Positions 47,301 to 57,300 of a DNA stretch of 64,000 bases are shown here, one piece after another. The translations under genes were made by a program, and so were the position numbers. Numbering within the stretch: the first letter of the stretch is position 1; each line of letters opens with the position of its first letter. The notes under the pieces are model-generated. The model had not been told where the DNA came from, searched no databases, and worked only from the letters and a program-made list of their open reading frames with translations. Origin of the DNA: a bacterium (GTDB taxonomy: Bacteria; Patescibacteriota; Saccharimonadia; UBA4664; JBBRNT01); assembly GCA_043767845.1 (NCBI GenBank), contig JAYUFZ010000016.1, positions 2,523 through 66,522 on the forward strand, in the 5' to 3' direction.

Positions 47301-47377
47301 AACGCATATACAATAACATAAGTAGTATAAAGTCAATAACATTCTCGATTGAAGTCAACAAAAAGCCCCACTAGATT

Positions 47378-47719
47378 CTAATGGGGCGGCGGGTCACAGA
47401 GCGTGGCCGAGAGTGCTTGGAGGCTGGGCGAAAGGCGTTGGGCGGTTTGGTGTGCTCCCGGGCCGCTATAGCTGAGAGCTATCTTGAGGCCTACGCCTTG
47501 TTCGAGACTGGTGCAGTCGATCTTGATCTGGCTGGTTGACGTCGGGCCTGCAGCGCTGGGCTCCGTGAGCTGGTGATCACTTGGTGTGTGGCTGAAGGCG
47601 ATGAGAATTGCCCAGAAGCTCAAGATAACCACGAGAGCGATGGGGGCGATCAAGCGCTTAGAGATCTGAAAACTGATGCGGATGTGCTGGGTGCGAGTGC
47701 TACTGGCCAGGTCTGTCAC
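47378..47719 (-). CDS. small membrane-anchored hypothetical protein
   Basis: ORF followed on the minus strand by terminator GCCCCATTAGAATCTAGTGGGGC-TTTTTG (47362-47395). Confidence 0.4.
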   Translation of the reverse strand: MTDLASSTRTQHIRISFQISKRLIAPIALVVILSFWAILIAFSHTPSDHQLTEPSAAGPTSTSQIKIDCTSLEQGVGLKIALSYSGPGAHQTAQRLSPSLQALSATLCDPPPH

Positions 47720-48090
47720 AGTCCTTCTTTCATACCCGTGTCTCTGGAGGTCTCAGATTGCAGCTCGATAGTGCCTTATTCGGTGCTAAGTGTCAACATT
47801 ATCTACAATTTGTCAGTAAGAAATATTGCATTAATCCGATAAATATGTTACGGTCATATAGGTTGTCCATCTAGTTCGTTCCGACATAGGGAGGTTAACC
47901 TCACTTCAGCATTATTTTCGTCACCCTGGCGCAAATCATACCCATGAGGAGTATATGACCCCACGAAACTAGGGTTTCCGGCTTCAAATCTGCAGTAAAC
48001 CGCTCAGATTAGACATATAAAGCCGGTTGCCCGCACCAATCCACCTAGAGAGTAGGCAAAGCGTCTGCTCCAACGATATCTCTAAGGAGA

Positions 48091-48786
48091 ATGATGCGGC
48101 AATCAATACAATTCAAACAAGGCCAGAAGCGATTCTGGTCGATTAGCGTGCTGCTCGCAGCACTCATCAGCTTCACCGGCCTGGGTATTTCTCCGGCCAA
48201 AGCCTATGTAGACGAGTCACAGCCAACGGCTACCCAAGCGGTATCCCAACCTGTCGGCCCGGTCCTTGCTCGGCCCGAACCCATGGGCCTCCATGGTAGC
48301 CAAGATGCGGAACTAGCTGCGCTTGTCGAGCCAACTCCTGCGCTCACCGAGCCAGAAGTACCTTTTACCAAGGCCACACTTGAGCTAGCAGCCCAGATCA
48401 GCCCACCTGGAAAAATAGAGTCGCAATCCTTTCTAAAGGGGAGTGGTTCAGCTGGCATTAAGCAGATCATCCTAGAAGAATTTGCAGGAACAGGCGCGGG
48501 GAGTAAGGCTATTCGCGTTGCTCAGTGCGAGTCTACCCTCAATCCGAAGGCGCGGCATGTAAATAAGGCGGTCTTGATCAGGATTGGCAAGAGCAAGAAA
48601 AAGCTCGTTCGCAAGATCACGGTCGACCTTGGTCTCTTCCAGCTCAATGATGGCGGCACTGCGCAGACCCTTCTCAGGCGATTGGGTTACAGCTGGGACG
48701 CACTCTTCAACGCGCGTCTTAACGCTCGGATGGCTCGATCGCTCTGGAACGAGACCCATTCATTTGCACGCTGGACGTGCGGATGA
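48091..48786 (+). CDS. secreted lytic transglycosylase-like (lysozyme-like/SLT) domain protein
   Basis: Signal peptide. QCESTLNPKA…DLGLFQLND resembles the SLT ES…GLMQ(I/L) catalytic block. Confidence 0.5.
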   Translation: MMRQSIQFKQGQKRFWSISVLLAALISFTGLGISPAKAYVDESQPTATQAVSQPVGPVLARPEPMGLHGSQDAELAALVEPTPALTEPEVPFTKATLELAAQISPPGKIESQSFLKGSGSAGIKQIILEEFAGTGAGSKAIRVAQCESTLNPKARHVNKAVLIRIGKSKKKLVRKITVDLGLFQLNDGGTAQTLLRRLGYSWDALFNARLNARMARSLWNETHSFARWTCG

Positions 48787-48831
48787 GTACAGTGGATATG
48801 TACACGCACAAATCCTGAGGAGGTGAAAAGC

Positions 48832-49092
48832 GTGGAGAAGCCAATCAGTACTCCCGTTGCAAGAAATGTGGCATTGCAGAAATCGATCACCGATTACCTG
48901 CGCCGCTATAGTCAAGTGCCTGGTATGCGCCGGACAGCCCGTATTGTCCACGCTTTTGCCAAATCCGCTTCCCGCGATCAGATTGTGGCTCAACTCGAGC
49001 TCATGACAGATACGGGCACCATCGAAACCAACGGCTTCGGACGCTACCAGCTAGCTGACGATCCGGACGATCAATTATGCGAGGCCGTCTAA
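48832..49092 (+). CDS. small hypothetical protein
   Basis: GTG start with GAGGAGG 8 nt upstream. Confidence 0.35.
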   Translation: MEKPISTPVARNVALQKSITDYLRRYSQVPGMRRTARIVHAFAKSASRDQIVAQLELMTDTGTIETNGFGRYQLADDPDDQLCEAV

Positions 49093-49204
49093 ATAGCGGC
49101 TTTCTAGGCCCTCCCGGGTACTTCCTGGGAGGGCTACTTCATTTAAAGTGGGTATAAGCGAGCAATATGTTGAAAAGTTCTGACAAATAGTCCATAATAC
49201 CTGT

Positions 49205-49963
49205 ATGCAAATACCCGAATTAGCCAGCAAGCTGCAAGCCATAGGCCTCAATGACAAGGAGGCCCGTGTTTATGTTGCCAGCTTGTTTTTGGGGCCAGCA
49301 GCTGTGCAGCGCATTGCCGAGCAAGCGGGTGTTAATCGCGCCACAACCTACGTGATTCTGGGTCAACTCCAGGAGATGGGCCTGGTCAGTGAATCTACTG
49401 AGGCCAAAAAGACTGTCTACATCGCTGAAGGCCCAGAAGGTCTGGCGCGTTGGATTGCCGACCAAGAAGCCCTGGTGGCCACCCGCCGCAAGTCGCTCGA
49501 AGCGCTCACCGACGAATTACAGCAAGCGCAGCGCGTTGAAGAACGTGATGCTCCCGTGATCCGCTTCTACCGTGGCCGCGATGGGATTAGTAGTGTTCTT
49601 GAAGAGTCACGGCGAAAAAGACAACAAGGCGACGTGGTATATGGCTTTAGTGATAATGACGAAGCAGCAAAGATACTCCCCGACAACAGTAAAAAGTCAC
49701 CTGCTGCCCGTCTCAAGAAAAAGGTTTCAAGCAAGGCCTTCTATTACGCTAAGGGCAAGGGTTTAGCCTCGGATCCGAAATTGCTCCGAGAGGTCAAGAA
49801 GCTGGCTGCCGCTCCAAAGGCGGATATCTCCCTATCTCCTGGTCGCGCAACCATTATTACCTATCGAGGTGTCGATTCTATTGCCGTTGTCATAGAGAGC
49901 CAAGAGATTGTCGGTGCTCTTCGCCAGCTATTTGAACTGGCTTGGGAAAATAAGCCTGAGTAA
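49205..49963 (+). CDS. TrmB-family transcriptional regulator (second paralog)
   Basis: LNDKEARVYVASLFLGPAAVQRIAEQAGVNRATTYVILGQLQEMGLV. Confidence 0.7.
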   Translation: MQIPELASKLQAIGLNDKEARVYVASLFLGPAAVQRIAEQAGVNRATTYVILGQLQEMGLVSESTEAKKTVYIAEGPEGLARWIADQEALVATRRKSLEALTDELQQAQRVEERDAPVIRFYRGRDGISSVLEESRRKRQQGDVVYGFSDNDEAAKILPDNSKKSPAARLKKKVSSKAFYYAKGKGLASDPKLLREVKKLAAAPKADISLSPGRATIITYRGVDSIAVVIESQEIVGALRQLFELAWENKPE

Positions 49964-50009
49964 AAACTGTCACATCTAGTTGACAGAAAATCGATCTTAT
50001 GCTAGGATG

Positions 50010-50524
50010 TGAGCACCGTTTCTAAAAGCAGTTGCTGTCTTCCTGATGCTTGTGCGGTAGATGTCCGCACCATTGTTTTGATAGCGAAGCTCGACAGATG
50101 CACCCGGAAAGTCCTGGTGTAAGCCGTAAGGCGACGGTTAGTTACTCCTGGTGACTAATGGATTCCAATTAGTAGGTGGCACCCGAGCTGCCCAAAAACT
50201 CGGGTCGGTCGACATCGACCGTGTACGGTCCGGAGGCGGATAACCGCCCAGACACTGCTGCTGTAAGCGGCGCCTGATCGCTTCTACCAAGGAGGACCCC
50301 GACTCACAGATACGACGTGGCCTGAAAAGGTTGCAATCCAAAAGGCGTTTTCAGCGCCACAACACGCGGCTGTGCCGCGGAAACCATCGTCGATCGCCCA
50401 TCGCGATCAGCAACAAAATGGTCCGCTTGGCCGGTAGGAAAGTAGCTCACTTGCAGCAAACCCCTCCGGCCAGGCGCCCCCAATCTATGATCTTTATACC
50501 TAAACGCCTCTGGGCGTTTTTTGT
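50010..50524 (+). ncRNA. candidate structured ncRNA (about 515 nt) bounded by promoter and terminator; identity unresolved
   Basis: TTGACA-17-TAGGAT at 49979-50007. Terminator AAACGCC-TCTG-GGCGTTTTTT at 50503-50524. No ORF longer than 18 aa with a start. Contains GGAAAGUCC and a GGCGG-AUAA-CCGCC hairpin. Confidence 0.35.
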
Positions 50525-51034
50525 TTGCCTTGTTGCGCAGACCTCACTTACAATTTGTATGAACTGTGGATAACTGGATCAAATTTAAGTAATTTAGTCG
50601 GCATTCATTGACGCTAATAAACTATTACTCAACGGATAGGAAGTTAGAATGATTTAAGATATTACACAGAATGTGTTGACACAAAATTATAGACGTGATA
50701 ATCTACAATCAGTTCAAAGAAAAAATGTCAAAGAGGAGGGACAGAATGGAACAATTACGAGTCGACAAAGCTGTGAGCAGCGCCAAAAAGTGTCAACGGC
50801 TATGGGATGACTCGGGCTAGCGGTGAGTAACAAAAATCTTTTACGGGTTCGAAGTTTCTAGGCAAGCGAGAGAAAAACCATATAACTTCCGGTTCAGCAC
50901 AGTGCCACATAATTACGATCAAGTATTAGGGCAGGTTTAGGCAGAAGCGGGGGTTAGGTTCAAAAACAAGAGAGATGGGCTTTTAGGGTAAGCACATCTC
51001 TTTTTTGTTTTGTACGAAAATACATCGTTTTACC

Positions 51035-51112
51035 GATTTCGAATAGAAGGTTACCTTTTTACGCAGAAGAAAGGTAACCTTCTATTTACATTCGGTATTT
51101 GTTTGGTATAAT
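51035..51112 (+). promoter_or_regulatory. dispersed promoter cassette copy E (palindrome 51045-51083, TTTACA 51085-90, TATAAT 51107-12) upstream of polA
   Basis: Identical to other copies. Confidence 0.6.
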
Positions 51113-51158
51113 GCTTTTTTCGGGTTTCAGCGAGTTGCTGGGCTGGTATACTTAACGC

Positions 51159-53945
51159 ATGAGTAAAAAACCACTTCTCGTCCTTATAGACGGCAGCGCT
51201 ATCTTCCACCGCGGCTACCACGCCATCCCGCCAACCTTTACCAATAAAGCTGGCCAGCCGACCAATGCCATTTATGGCTTTACCATGATCCTGCTGAAAG
51301 TTCTGGCCGATCTGTCGCCTAAGTACGCCGTAGTGGCGTGGGATATGCCCGGCGGCACCTTCCGTGATGACCTTTACGACCAGTACAAGGCGACCCGTAG
51401 TGCCACGCCGGACGATCTGAAGGCCCAAATGCCATACGCTCGAACTGTCACAGAGGCCCTCGGCATTAGCTTCGTGGAGCTATTCAAGTATGAAGCCGAT
51501 GACATCATAGGTACCTTCGCTGCGCAGGCTCATCACCAGAAAGAGCAGCTCGAGACTATCATTATCACAGGCGATAAGGATCAGCTGCAGCTCATAGACG
51601 AGCAAACCAGAGTCTTTTTGTATCGGCCGGTGGGCACCGATCCTATCAAGTACGATCTGGAAAAGATGCAGGAACGCTATGGCCTGACCCCGAAACAGTT
51701 CATTGACCTGAAGGCGCTGATGGGCGACTCCAGCGACAATATTCCGGGCGTAGCTGGCGTTGGCGAGAAGACGGCCATGACCATGATGGCCTCCTATGGC
51801 AGCCTGGATAATATCTATGCCCATGTCGACGAACTGAAGGGCAAACTCCAGGAACGGATGCTCGACCAAAAGGACATGGCCTATCTATCTCTTGAGCTTT
51901 CTCGGATTGCTTTGGACGCGCCGGTGAAGCTGGATATGGAGCAGGCTCGGCTGGGAACGGCCAAGAAGGAAGAGCTGATCGAGCTATTCAGGGAACTTGA
52001 TTTCAGGAGCCTGCTAGCTAAGCTACCCTCTGCTATCCATGCCGATGAGGCCGAGCTAGCGACTATTAGCGCCCAATCATCGGTCATCAGCGGTATGCCT
52101 AGCCTGTTTGGTGATGCTCCAGTGGTGGTACGCGACCGCCCACACCTCAAGACCGCCAAATATCATACCGTAGCTACCGAAGCTGATCTGGAAAAGCTGG
52201 CTGCTGAGCTGAGTAAGCAAAAAGTCTTTGCTTTTGATACCGAGACCACCGGCCTGGATGTCCTCACCGCTGATCTGGTGGGCATGAGCTTTAGTTTCAA
52301 GGCTGAGGAGGCATATTATGTGCCTGTAGGGCATGCTGGCAGTGATCAGGTGCAATTATCCAAACAAATGGTGCTACAAGCATTGAAACCAATTCTGGAG
52401 AATCCAGCCATCGGTAAGGTGGGGCACAATATTAAGTACGACTTCGAGATAATGCTGCGCCAGGGAGTTCGTCTGGGCAATGTGGCCTTCGACACTATGG
52501 TGGCCGCCTTTATCGTCAATCCGCTGGGCCGTACACAATCGCTCGATGACCTAGCTTCCAGCGAACTCGGGGTGGAGATGATTCCGATCTCGGAGCTGAT
52601 CGGCACCGGTAAGCAACAGCTCAACTTTTCTAATGTCTCTATCGAGCAAGCGACGACCTACGCTGCCGAGGATGCCGATATGACCTGGCGATTGTACGAG
52701 CTACTTGCGCCACAGATCCCAAAAGGCGGCTATGAACGGCTGACAGGCGATATCGAGTGGCCGCTTATTCCCGTTTTGGCCGACATGGAAATGGCTGGTA
52801 TTGAGCTGGATTCGGACTTCTTGGCTAAGTTCAATAAGGTCATTTCCAGGCGTATTCTGGAGCTCGATGAGCTGATCTGCGAGGCCGCCGGGGAGCGCTT
52901 TAATATAGCCTCGCCTTCGCAACTGTCGCGCATTCTCTTCGAGAAGCTAGCACTTACGGCAATAGGGGTTAAAAAAGGCAAAACCGGCACTATGTCGACA
53001 GCCGCCGGCGAGCTGGAGAAGCTTAAGGGCCAGCACCCCATCGTTGATCTGATATTTGAATACCGCGAACTAGCCAAGCTCAAGAACACCTACGTCGACG
53101 CCTTGCCGTTGATGGTTGGCGAGGATGGCCGGGTACATACCAGCTTTAACCAAACAATTGCCCAAACCGGCCGACTCTCATCGACCAATCCCAACCTGCA
53201 AAACATTCCGGTGCGTAGCGAGCTTGGTCGCGAGATTCGTAAGGCTTTTGTGGCCCCGAAGGGTAAAGTGCTCATTAGCGCCGACTATTCGCAGATCGAG
53301 CTGCGCGTGGCTGCCTCGCTATCTGGTGATAAAGCGATGATTAAGACATTTACCGATGGTATTGATCTGCATCAGCAGACAGCCGCCGAGCTCTATGGAG
53401 TACCACTTGAAGAGGTGACTAAGGAGCAGCGCTACAACGCCAAAACTATCAATTTCGGGGTGCTCTACGGCATGAGCCCACACGGGCTGAGCGTGGCTAC
53501 CGGGATGACCCGAGAGGAGGCGGTTGGCTTCATCGAACGCTACTATGAACTGCGGCCGAAGCTGAAGTCCTACATCGAGGGGATCAAGGCCGACGCCCGT
53601 AAAAACGAGTACGTTGAGACGCTCTTTGGCCGCCGCCGCCCCTGCGCTGAGATTAATTCTAGCAATTCTTTGATCTCCAACGCTGCTGAGCGCATGGCTG
53701 TGAACGTGCCAATCCAAGGTACCGCCGCCGATATTATGAAGCTAGCCATGGTAGCCCTAGCTCCGAAGCTGACTGGTGAAAATAAGCTCCTGCTCCAGAT
53801 ACACGATGAATTGATAGCTGAAGTCCCGGCCGATCAAGCCGATGCGGTGACCAAGATTATGAAAGACACTATGGAATCAGTTTATGATCTGGGCGTGAAG
53901 ATCGAAGTAGACACTGCCGTGGGCAAGAACTGGGGAGAGCTGTAG
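51159..53945 (+). CDS. polA: DNA polymerase I
   Basis: 5'-3' exonuclease N-terminus, 3'-5' exo, and polymerase motifs (RRxAKxxNFGxxYG, HDE). Confidence 0.95.
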   Translation: MSKKPLLVLIDGSAIFHRGYHAIPPTFTNKAGQPTNAIYGFTMILLKVLADLSPKYAVVAWDMPGGTFRDDLYDQYKATRSATPDDLKAQMPYARTVTEALGISFVELFKYEADDIIGTFAAQAHHQKEQLETIIITGDKDQLQLIDEQTRVFLYRPVGTDPIKYDLEKMQERYGLTPKQFIDLKALMGDSSDNIPGVAGVGEKTAMTMMASYGSLDNIYAHVDELKGKLQERMLDQKDMAYLSLELSRIALDAPVKLDMEQARLGTAKKEELIELFRELDFRSLLAKLPSAIHADEAELATISAQSSVISGMPSLFGDAPVVVRDRPHLKTAKYHTVATEADLEKLAAELSKQKVFAFDTETTGLDVLTADLVGMSFSFKAEEAYYVPVGHAGSDQVQLSKQMVLQALKPILENPAIGKVGHNIKYDFEIMLRQGVRLGNVAFDTMVAAFIVNPLGRTQSLDDLASSELGVEMIPISELIGTGKQQLNFSNVSIEQATTYAAEDADMTWRLYELLAPQIPKGGYERLTGDIEWPLIPVLADMEMAGIELDSDFLAKFNKVISRRILELDELICEAAGERFNIASPSQLSRILFEKLALTAIGVKKGKTGTMSTAAGELEKLKGQHPIVDLIFEYRELAKLKNTYVDALPLMVGEDGRVHTSFNQTIAQTGRLSSTNPNLQNIPVRSELGREIRKAFVAPKGKVLISADYSQIELRVAASLSGDKAMIKTFTDGIDLHQQTAAELYGVPLEEVTKEQRYNAKTINFGVLYGMSPHGLSVATGMTREEAVGFIERYYELRPKLKSYIEGIKADARKNEYVETLFGRRRPCAEINSSNSLISNAAERMAVNVPIQGTAADIMKLAMVALAPKLTGENKLLLQIHDELIAEVPADQADAVTKIMKDTMESVYDLGVKIEVDTAVGKNWGEL

Positions 53946-54562
53946 TGAAGATGTATATTGACCTGACGCATGTCATGAATGACAAAACGGCAGTTTACCC
54001 GGGGGACCCGGCTACTACACTGGTGCCACATTCCAAGCTGGAGTCCGAGGGCTATTGTGACTACCTTTTGACCACCGGCACTCACGCCGGAACGCACATT
54101 GACGCCCCGATGCATATGATCGAAGGCGGCCAGGGGCTGGAGGCCTATGGGCCGGTGCGTTTCTTCGGACCGGGTATCTACGTCGACGCCAAAGACGGTT
54201 TTGACCTGGAAAAGATCAAAACCTTAGGCATTACCTCCGATCACATCGTCTTATTCAACACCGGCGCTTATTACCGTTTTTATGATGCCGACTACTATGA
54301 GTCATTCGCCGTTCTACCAGATACGGTCGTCGAATATCTAGCCAGTGTGCGGCCCAAGATGGTGGGTGTTGATACCGGAAGCGCCGATAATGCCGAGGGT
54401 TTTCCGGTGCACAAAGGCCTTTTGGGGGCCGATATTTTAATTATCGAGAACCTGGCGAACCTCGATCAGCTCGAAGGTAAGCAATTTGACGTGGTAGCAT
54501 TCCCTATCAGACTGGAAAATGATGGCGCGCCGGCCCGGGTAGTAGCAATAATCCAAGAATAA
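53945..54562 (+). CDS. cyclase-family protein (kynurenine formamidase-like)
   Basis: HAGTHIDAPMHM metal-binding motif. Overlaps polA stop. Confidence 0.7.
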   Translation: MKMYIDLTHVMNDKTAVYPGDPATTLVPHSKLESEGYCDYLLTTGTHAGTHIDAPMHMIEGGQGLEAYGPVRFFGPGIYVDAKDGFDLEKIKTLGITSDHIVLFNTGAYYRFYDADYYESFAVLPDTVVEYLASVRPKMVGVDTGSADNAEGFPVHKGLLGADILIIENLANLDQLEGKQFDVVAFPIRLENDGAPARVVAIIQE

Positions 54563-54610
54563 AACGGCCGGATCAGATTGCTCCGATCCGGCGAAGAGGT
54601 CATTGGGCCG

Positions 54611-54766
54611 TTACTTGCGCCCGTAGGCTTTTTCGCGCTTGTGGGCCGTAGCCCAGGCATCGTTGGCGGCTTGGTCAGCTGCGGCGACCTTGGCCTCTTT
54701 GCCGACACTGCGCATGGTTTTGATGATCACGGCGGCTATTGGGATGAGAAGCAAAGCGAATACCAT
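54611..54766 (-). CDS. small membrane protein (51 aa)
   Basis: AAGGA 6 nt upstream of ATG (MVFALLLIPIAAVII…). Minus-strand terminator hairpin at 54573-54600. Confidence 0.4.
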   Translation of the reverse strand: MVFALLLIPIAAVIIKTMRSVGKEAKVAAADQAANDAWATAHKREKAYGRK

Positions 54767-54919
54767 ATCTATCCTTCGGTCCGGAGGCCGTAGCCTCAAT
54801 TTGTGGATTGCTCGATTGTAGCACAGATTCTACTGAAGTCGACTTTACTAGTATCCGTTCCACTCATGCTTTAGATTAAGGGTAAGCGCGCCGTATAATC
54901 TAGGTAACAGGGGTTTATG

Positions 54920-55633
54920 ATGAGTATTGAGGTAAAAGTCCACGAGGCGCAGACCAGTATCTTGCGTGAGTTATTGTTCGTGAAGGACTCCGGGTACTCC
55001 GAGCTACAGAAGCCGACTGGACTGACCAGTGATCACTTCAACTTTCATATCTCTAAGCTGGTGGAGTTAAAACTCGTCGAAAAAACGGATAAAGGGCGCT
55101 ATCACCTGACGCCACGCGGCAAAGAGTACGCCAATAAGCTTGATACCGACAATAAAACCATTGAGCGGCAGCCGAAAGTAGCGGTGCTGCTTGCCGTCGA
55201 GCGATCTGATAATGGCCAGCGCCAACTGCTATTCCAGGAGCGGCTGAAGAATCCGTACTTTGGCTATTGGGGCTTCCCCTCGGGCAAGATCCGTTGGGGC
55301 GAGACTATTCCGGAGACTGCAGCCAGGGAATTGATGGAGGAGACGGGCCTAGAAGCTGATTACCGCATTCTGGGGCTCTACCACGAGCATACCTTCATGG
55401 ATGAGACCAATGAGCTACTGGAGGACAAAATGTTCTTTGTGGTGCACTGTACCAATCCCAGAGGGGAGCTGATCGAGCGCTTCGAGGGTGGCCGCAATAG
55501 CTGGCTGTCGCTGGAAGATGCCCGCAAGCTCGATCCAAAGTTCACCAGCTTCGAAACCGAGCTGGAGATGATTGAGGGTACGCGGGGGATGTGGGTCGAG
55601 GAGCAGCACCGATATAGTAAGGAGAACTTTTAG
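54920..55633 (+). CDS. winged-helix + NUDIX fusion protein (NrtR-like regulator candidate, reversed domain order)
   Basis: N-terminal wHTH (SILRELLFVKDSGYSELQKPTGL…KLVELKLVEK). C-terminal Nudix box GFPSGKIRWGETIPETAARELMEETGL. Confidence 0.55.
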   Translation: MSIEVKVHEAQTSILRELLFVKDSGYSELQKPTGLTSDHFNFHISKLVELKLVEKTDKGRYHLTPRGKEYANKLDTDNKTIERQPKVAVLLAVERSDNGQRQLLFQERLKNPYFGYWGFPSGKIRWGETIPETAARELMEETGLEADYRILGLYHEHTFMDETNELLEDKMFFVVHCTNPRGELIERFEGGRNSWLSLEDARKLDPKFTSFETELEMIEGTRGMWVEEQHRYSKENF

Positions 55634-55688
55634 ACGGAGTGCGATCGCTTGGCCGTGATATGATAGCTGTATCTGTTGAGGAAGTGTT

Positions 55689-56567
55689 GTGCCGGAACTA
55701 CCAGAAGTTGAAACCGTTCGTATTGGCCTAGCAAAATTGCTAGTAGGCCATATTGTTTTGCGTGTTGTTTCGGATACCCCGAAAAGCTTCCCCAATGAGC
55801 CCCAAGCAGTCGAGAAACTAGTTGTCGGCAAAAAGGTGATAGCAGTGCGGCGGCGGGCCAAGGTACTGCTCATTGACCTGGAAGGTGACCATACACTGGT
55901 AACCCATCTGAAGATGACCGGGCAGCTGGTCTACCGCAAGGCCGATGGCCAACGTTTTGGTGCTGGCCACCCAAACGAGAGCTTGATTGGTGACCTACCG
56001 GATCGTTCGACTAGAGTCACACTCGAGCTTGATAATGCCAATCTGTACTTCAATGATCAACGCAAGTTCGGCTGGATGAAATTACTAGCGACCGATATGG
56101 TCGAGCAAATGCCCTTTTTTCTCAAAGTCGGGCCCGAACCGCTTGATCCGAGCTTTACGCTCAAAGTGTTTACTGACAGGCTTATGAAACGGTCAAATTC
56201 GGGTATCAAAGCTGTTTTACTCGATCAGACTGTGCTGGCCGGCATCGGCAATATCTATGCCGATGAAGGGCTATGGGCGGCCAAAATCCACCCCGAGACG
56301 AAGGTCAAAGACATCCCAGCAGCGAAGATGAGAGCTCTGTATATTGGGTTGCTTGAAGTATTGCGATTGAGTATCGAAAAAGGTGGTTCTACAGATCGTA
56401 ATTATGTGAACGCCGAGGGCAAGCGGGGGAGTTATATCGACTTCGCCAAGGTTTTTCGGCGCGAGAAGTTGCCCTGCCCCAGGTGTGGGACGATTATCAT
56501 CAAAACGCGGGTAGCCGGTCGGGGGACGCATACCTGTCCGAAGTGCCAACGATTGAGCAATTCCTAA
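55689..56567 (+). CDS. fpg: formamidopyrimidine-DNA glycosylase (Fpg/MutM)
   Basis: N-terminal PELPEVE. C-terminal zinc finger CPRCG…CPKCQ. Confidence 0.9.
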   Translation: MPELPEVETVRIGLAKLLVGHIVLRVVSDTPKSFPNEPQAVEKLVVGKKVIAVRRRAKVLLIDLEGDHTLVTHLKMTGQLVYRKADGQRFGAGHPNESLIGDLPDRSTRVTLELDNANLYFNDQRKFGWMKLLATDMVEQMPFFLKVGPEPLDPSFTLKVFTDRLMKRSNSGIKAVLLDQTVLAGIGNIYADEGLWAAKIHPETKVKDIPAAKMRALYIGLLEVLRLSIEKGGSTDRNYVNAEGKRGSYIDFAKVFRREKLPCPRCGTIIIKTRVAGRGTHTCPKCQRLSNS

Positions 56568-56657
56568 ACCTGCCAGGTTGGTAGGCTTGAGAATTGCCCC
56601 CGGCCAGACATTTGTCTGACCAGGGTCTGGTGACGTGGACGAATCCTAGCTCGGCAG

Positions 56658-57122
56658 CTACATGTTGGAGGTATCAATCTTGACCAGTTTGTCGTAGCCC
56701 TCTTCCTTGTGCGGCGGCCTGGCATCGAGCCAGCCAGCCATGAAGCCCATCCGGTAGTCGGGTACAACGCGTGCCCGTGCCTGAACGCGGCTGAGGCAGA
56801 CGGGGATCCGGGCGACATAGTAGCGGCCTTCGATCCTATCGGCTTTGACCCTACAGTGCCTGATCATCCGTAGACGCTCGGGCCGCTTAGCGTTAGTGGC
56901 GTCGACAACGATGTCACGGTTTTCGGCGAGCGCCGCATGGATAAGCCGGAAGACCTGGCTCCAGACTTCGGAGTTTCGAGATTGATCAGCTGCATCGCCG
57001 GTCATCTCCAGCCGAATATCGTCCGGGCAGATGTAGACAGCCCCTTTGTTGGCGGCAAAGGGCTTGAGGTGGGTGGTTTTGCCGCTGCCAGGCAGGCCGA
57101 TACCAATATAGGCGGTGGGCAT
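56658..57122 (-). CDS. P-loop kinase (AAA_33/zeta-toxin-like nucleotide kinase fold)
   Basis: GLPGSGKTT Walker A with short kinase-like body. Start taken at MPTAYIGIG. Confidence 0.5.
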   Translation of the reverse strand: MPTAYIGIGLPGSGKTTHLKPFAANKGAVYICPDDIRLEMTGDAADQSRNSEVWSQVFRLIHAALAENRDIVVDATNAKRPERLRMIRHCRVKADRIEGRYYVARIPVCLSRVQARARVVPDYRMGFMAGWLDARPPHKEEGYDKLVKIDTSNM

Positions 57123-57300
57123 ATAGACTTCCTCGGTGCTGGGAGGGTATGGGGTGCTTCTTGCTCCGGCTAGAGGCCGGTTAGATCTGACATATAATAC
57201 TATAATTGCACGGTAAGTCAATATTTATCTGATGTAAAATGCTCTGCTTTTGGAGAATCTGTTATAGACTTTCACCTTATCCTCAACGTAGACTAAGGCT

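Noticed and set aside
50100-50330. Confident call of RNase P RNA from the GGAAAGUCC match
   Set aside because: The P4 3' strand (ACAGAA…GGCUUA) and other conserved blocks could not be located by eye. Left as a hypothesis requiring cmsearch.
1428-51083. Possibility that the recurring 39-bp palindromes are CRISPR repeats
   Set aside because: Copies are single, tens of kb apart, always fused to the same promoter and never in a spaced array. No cas genes.
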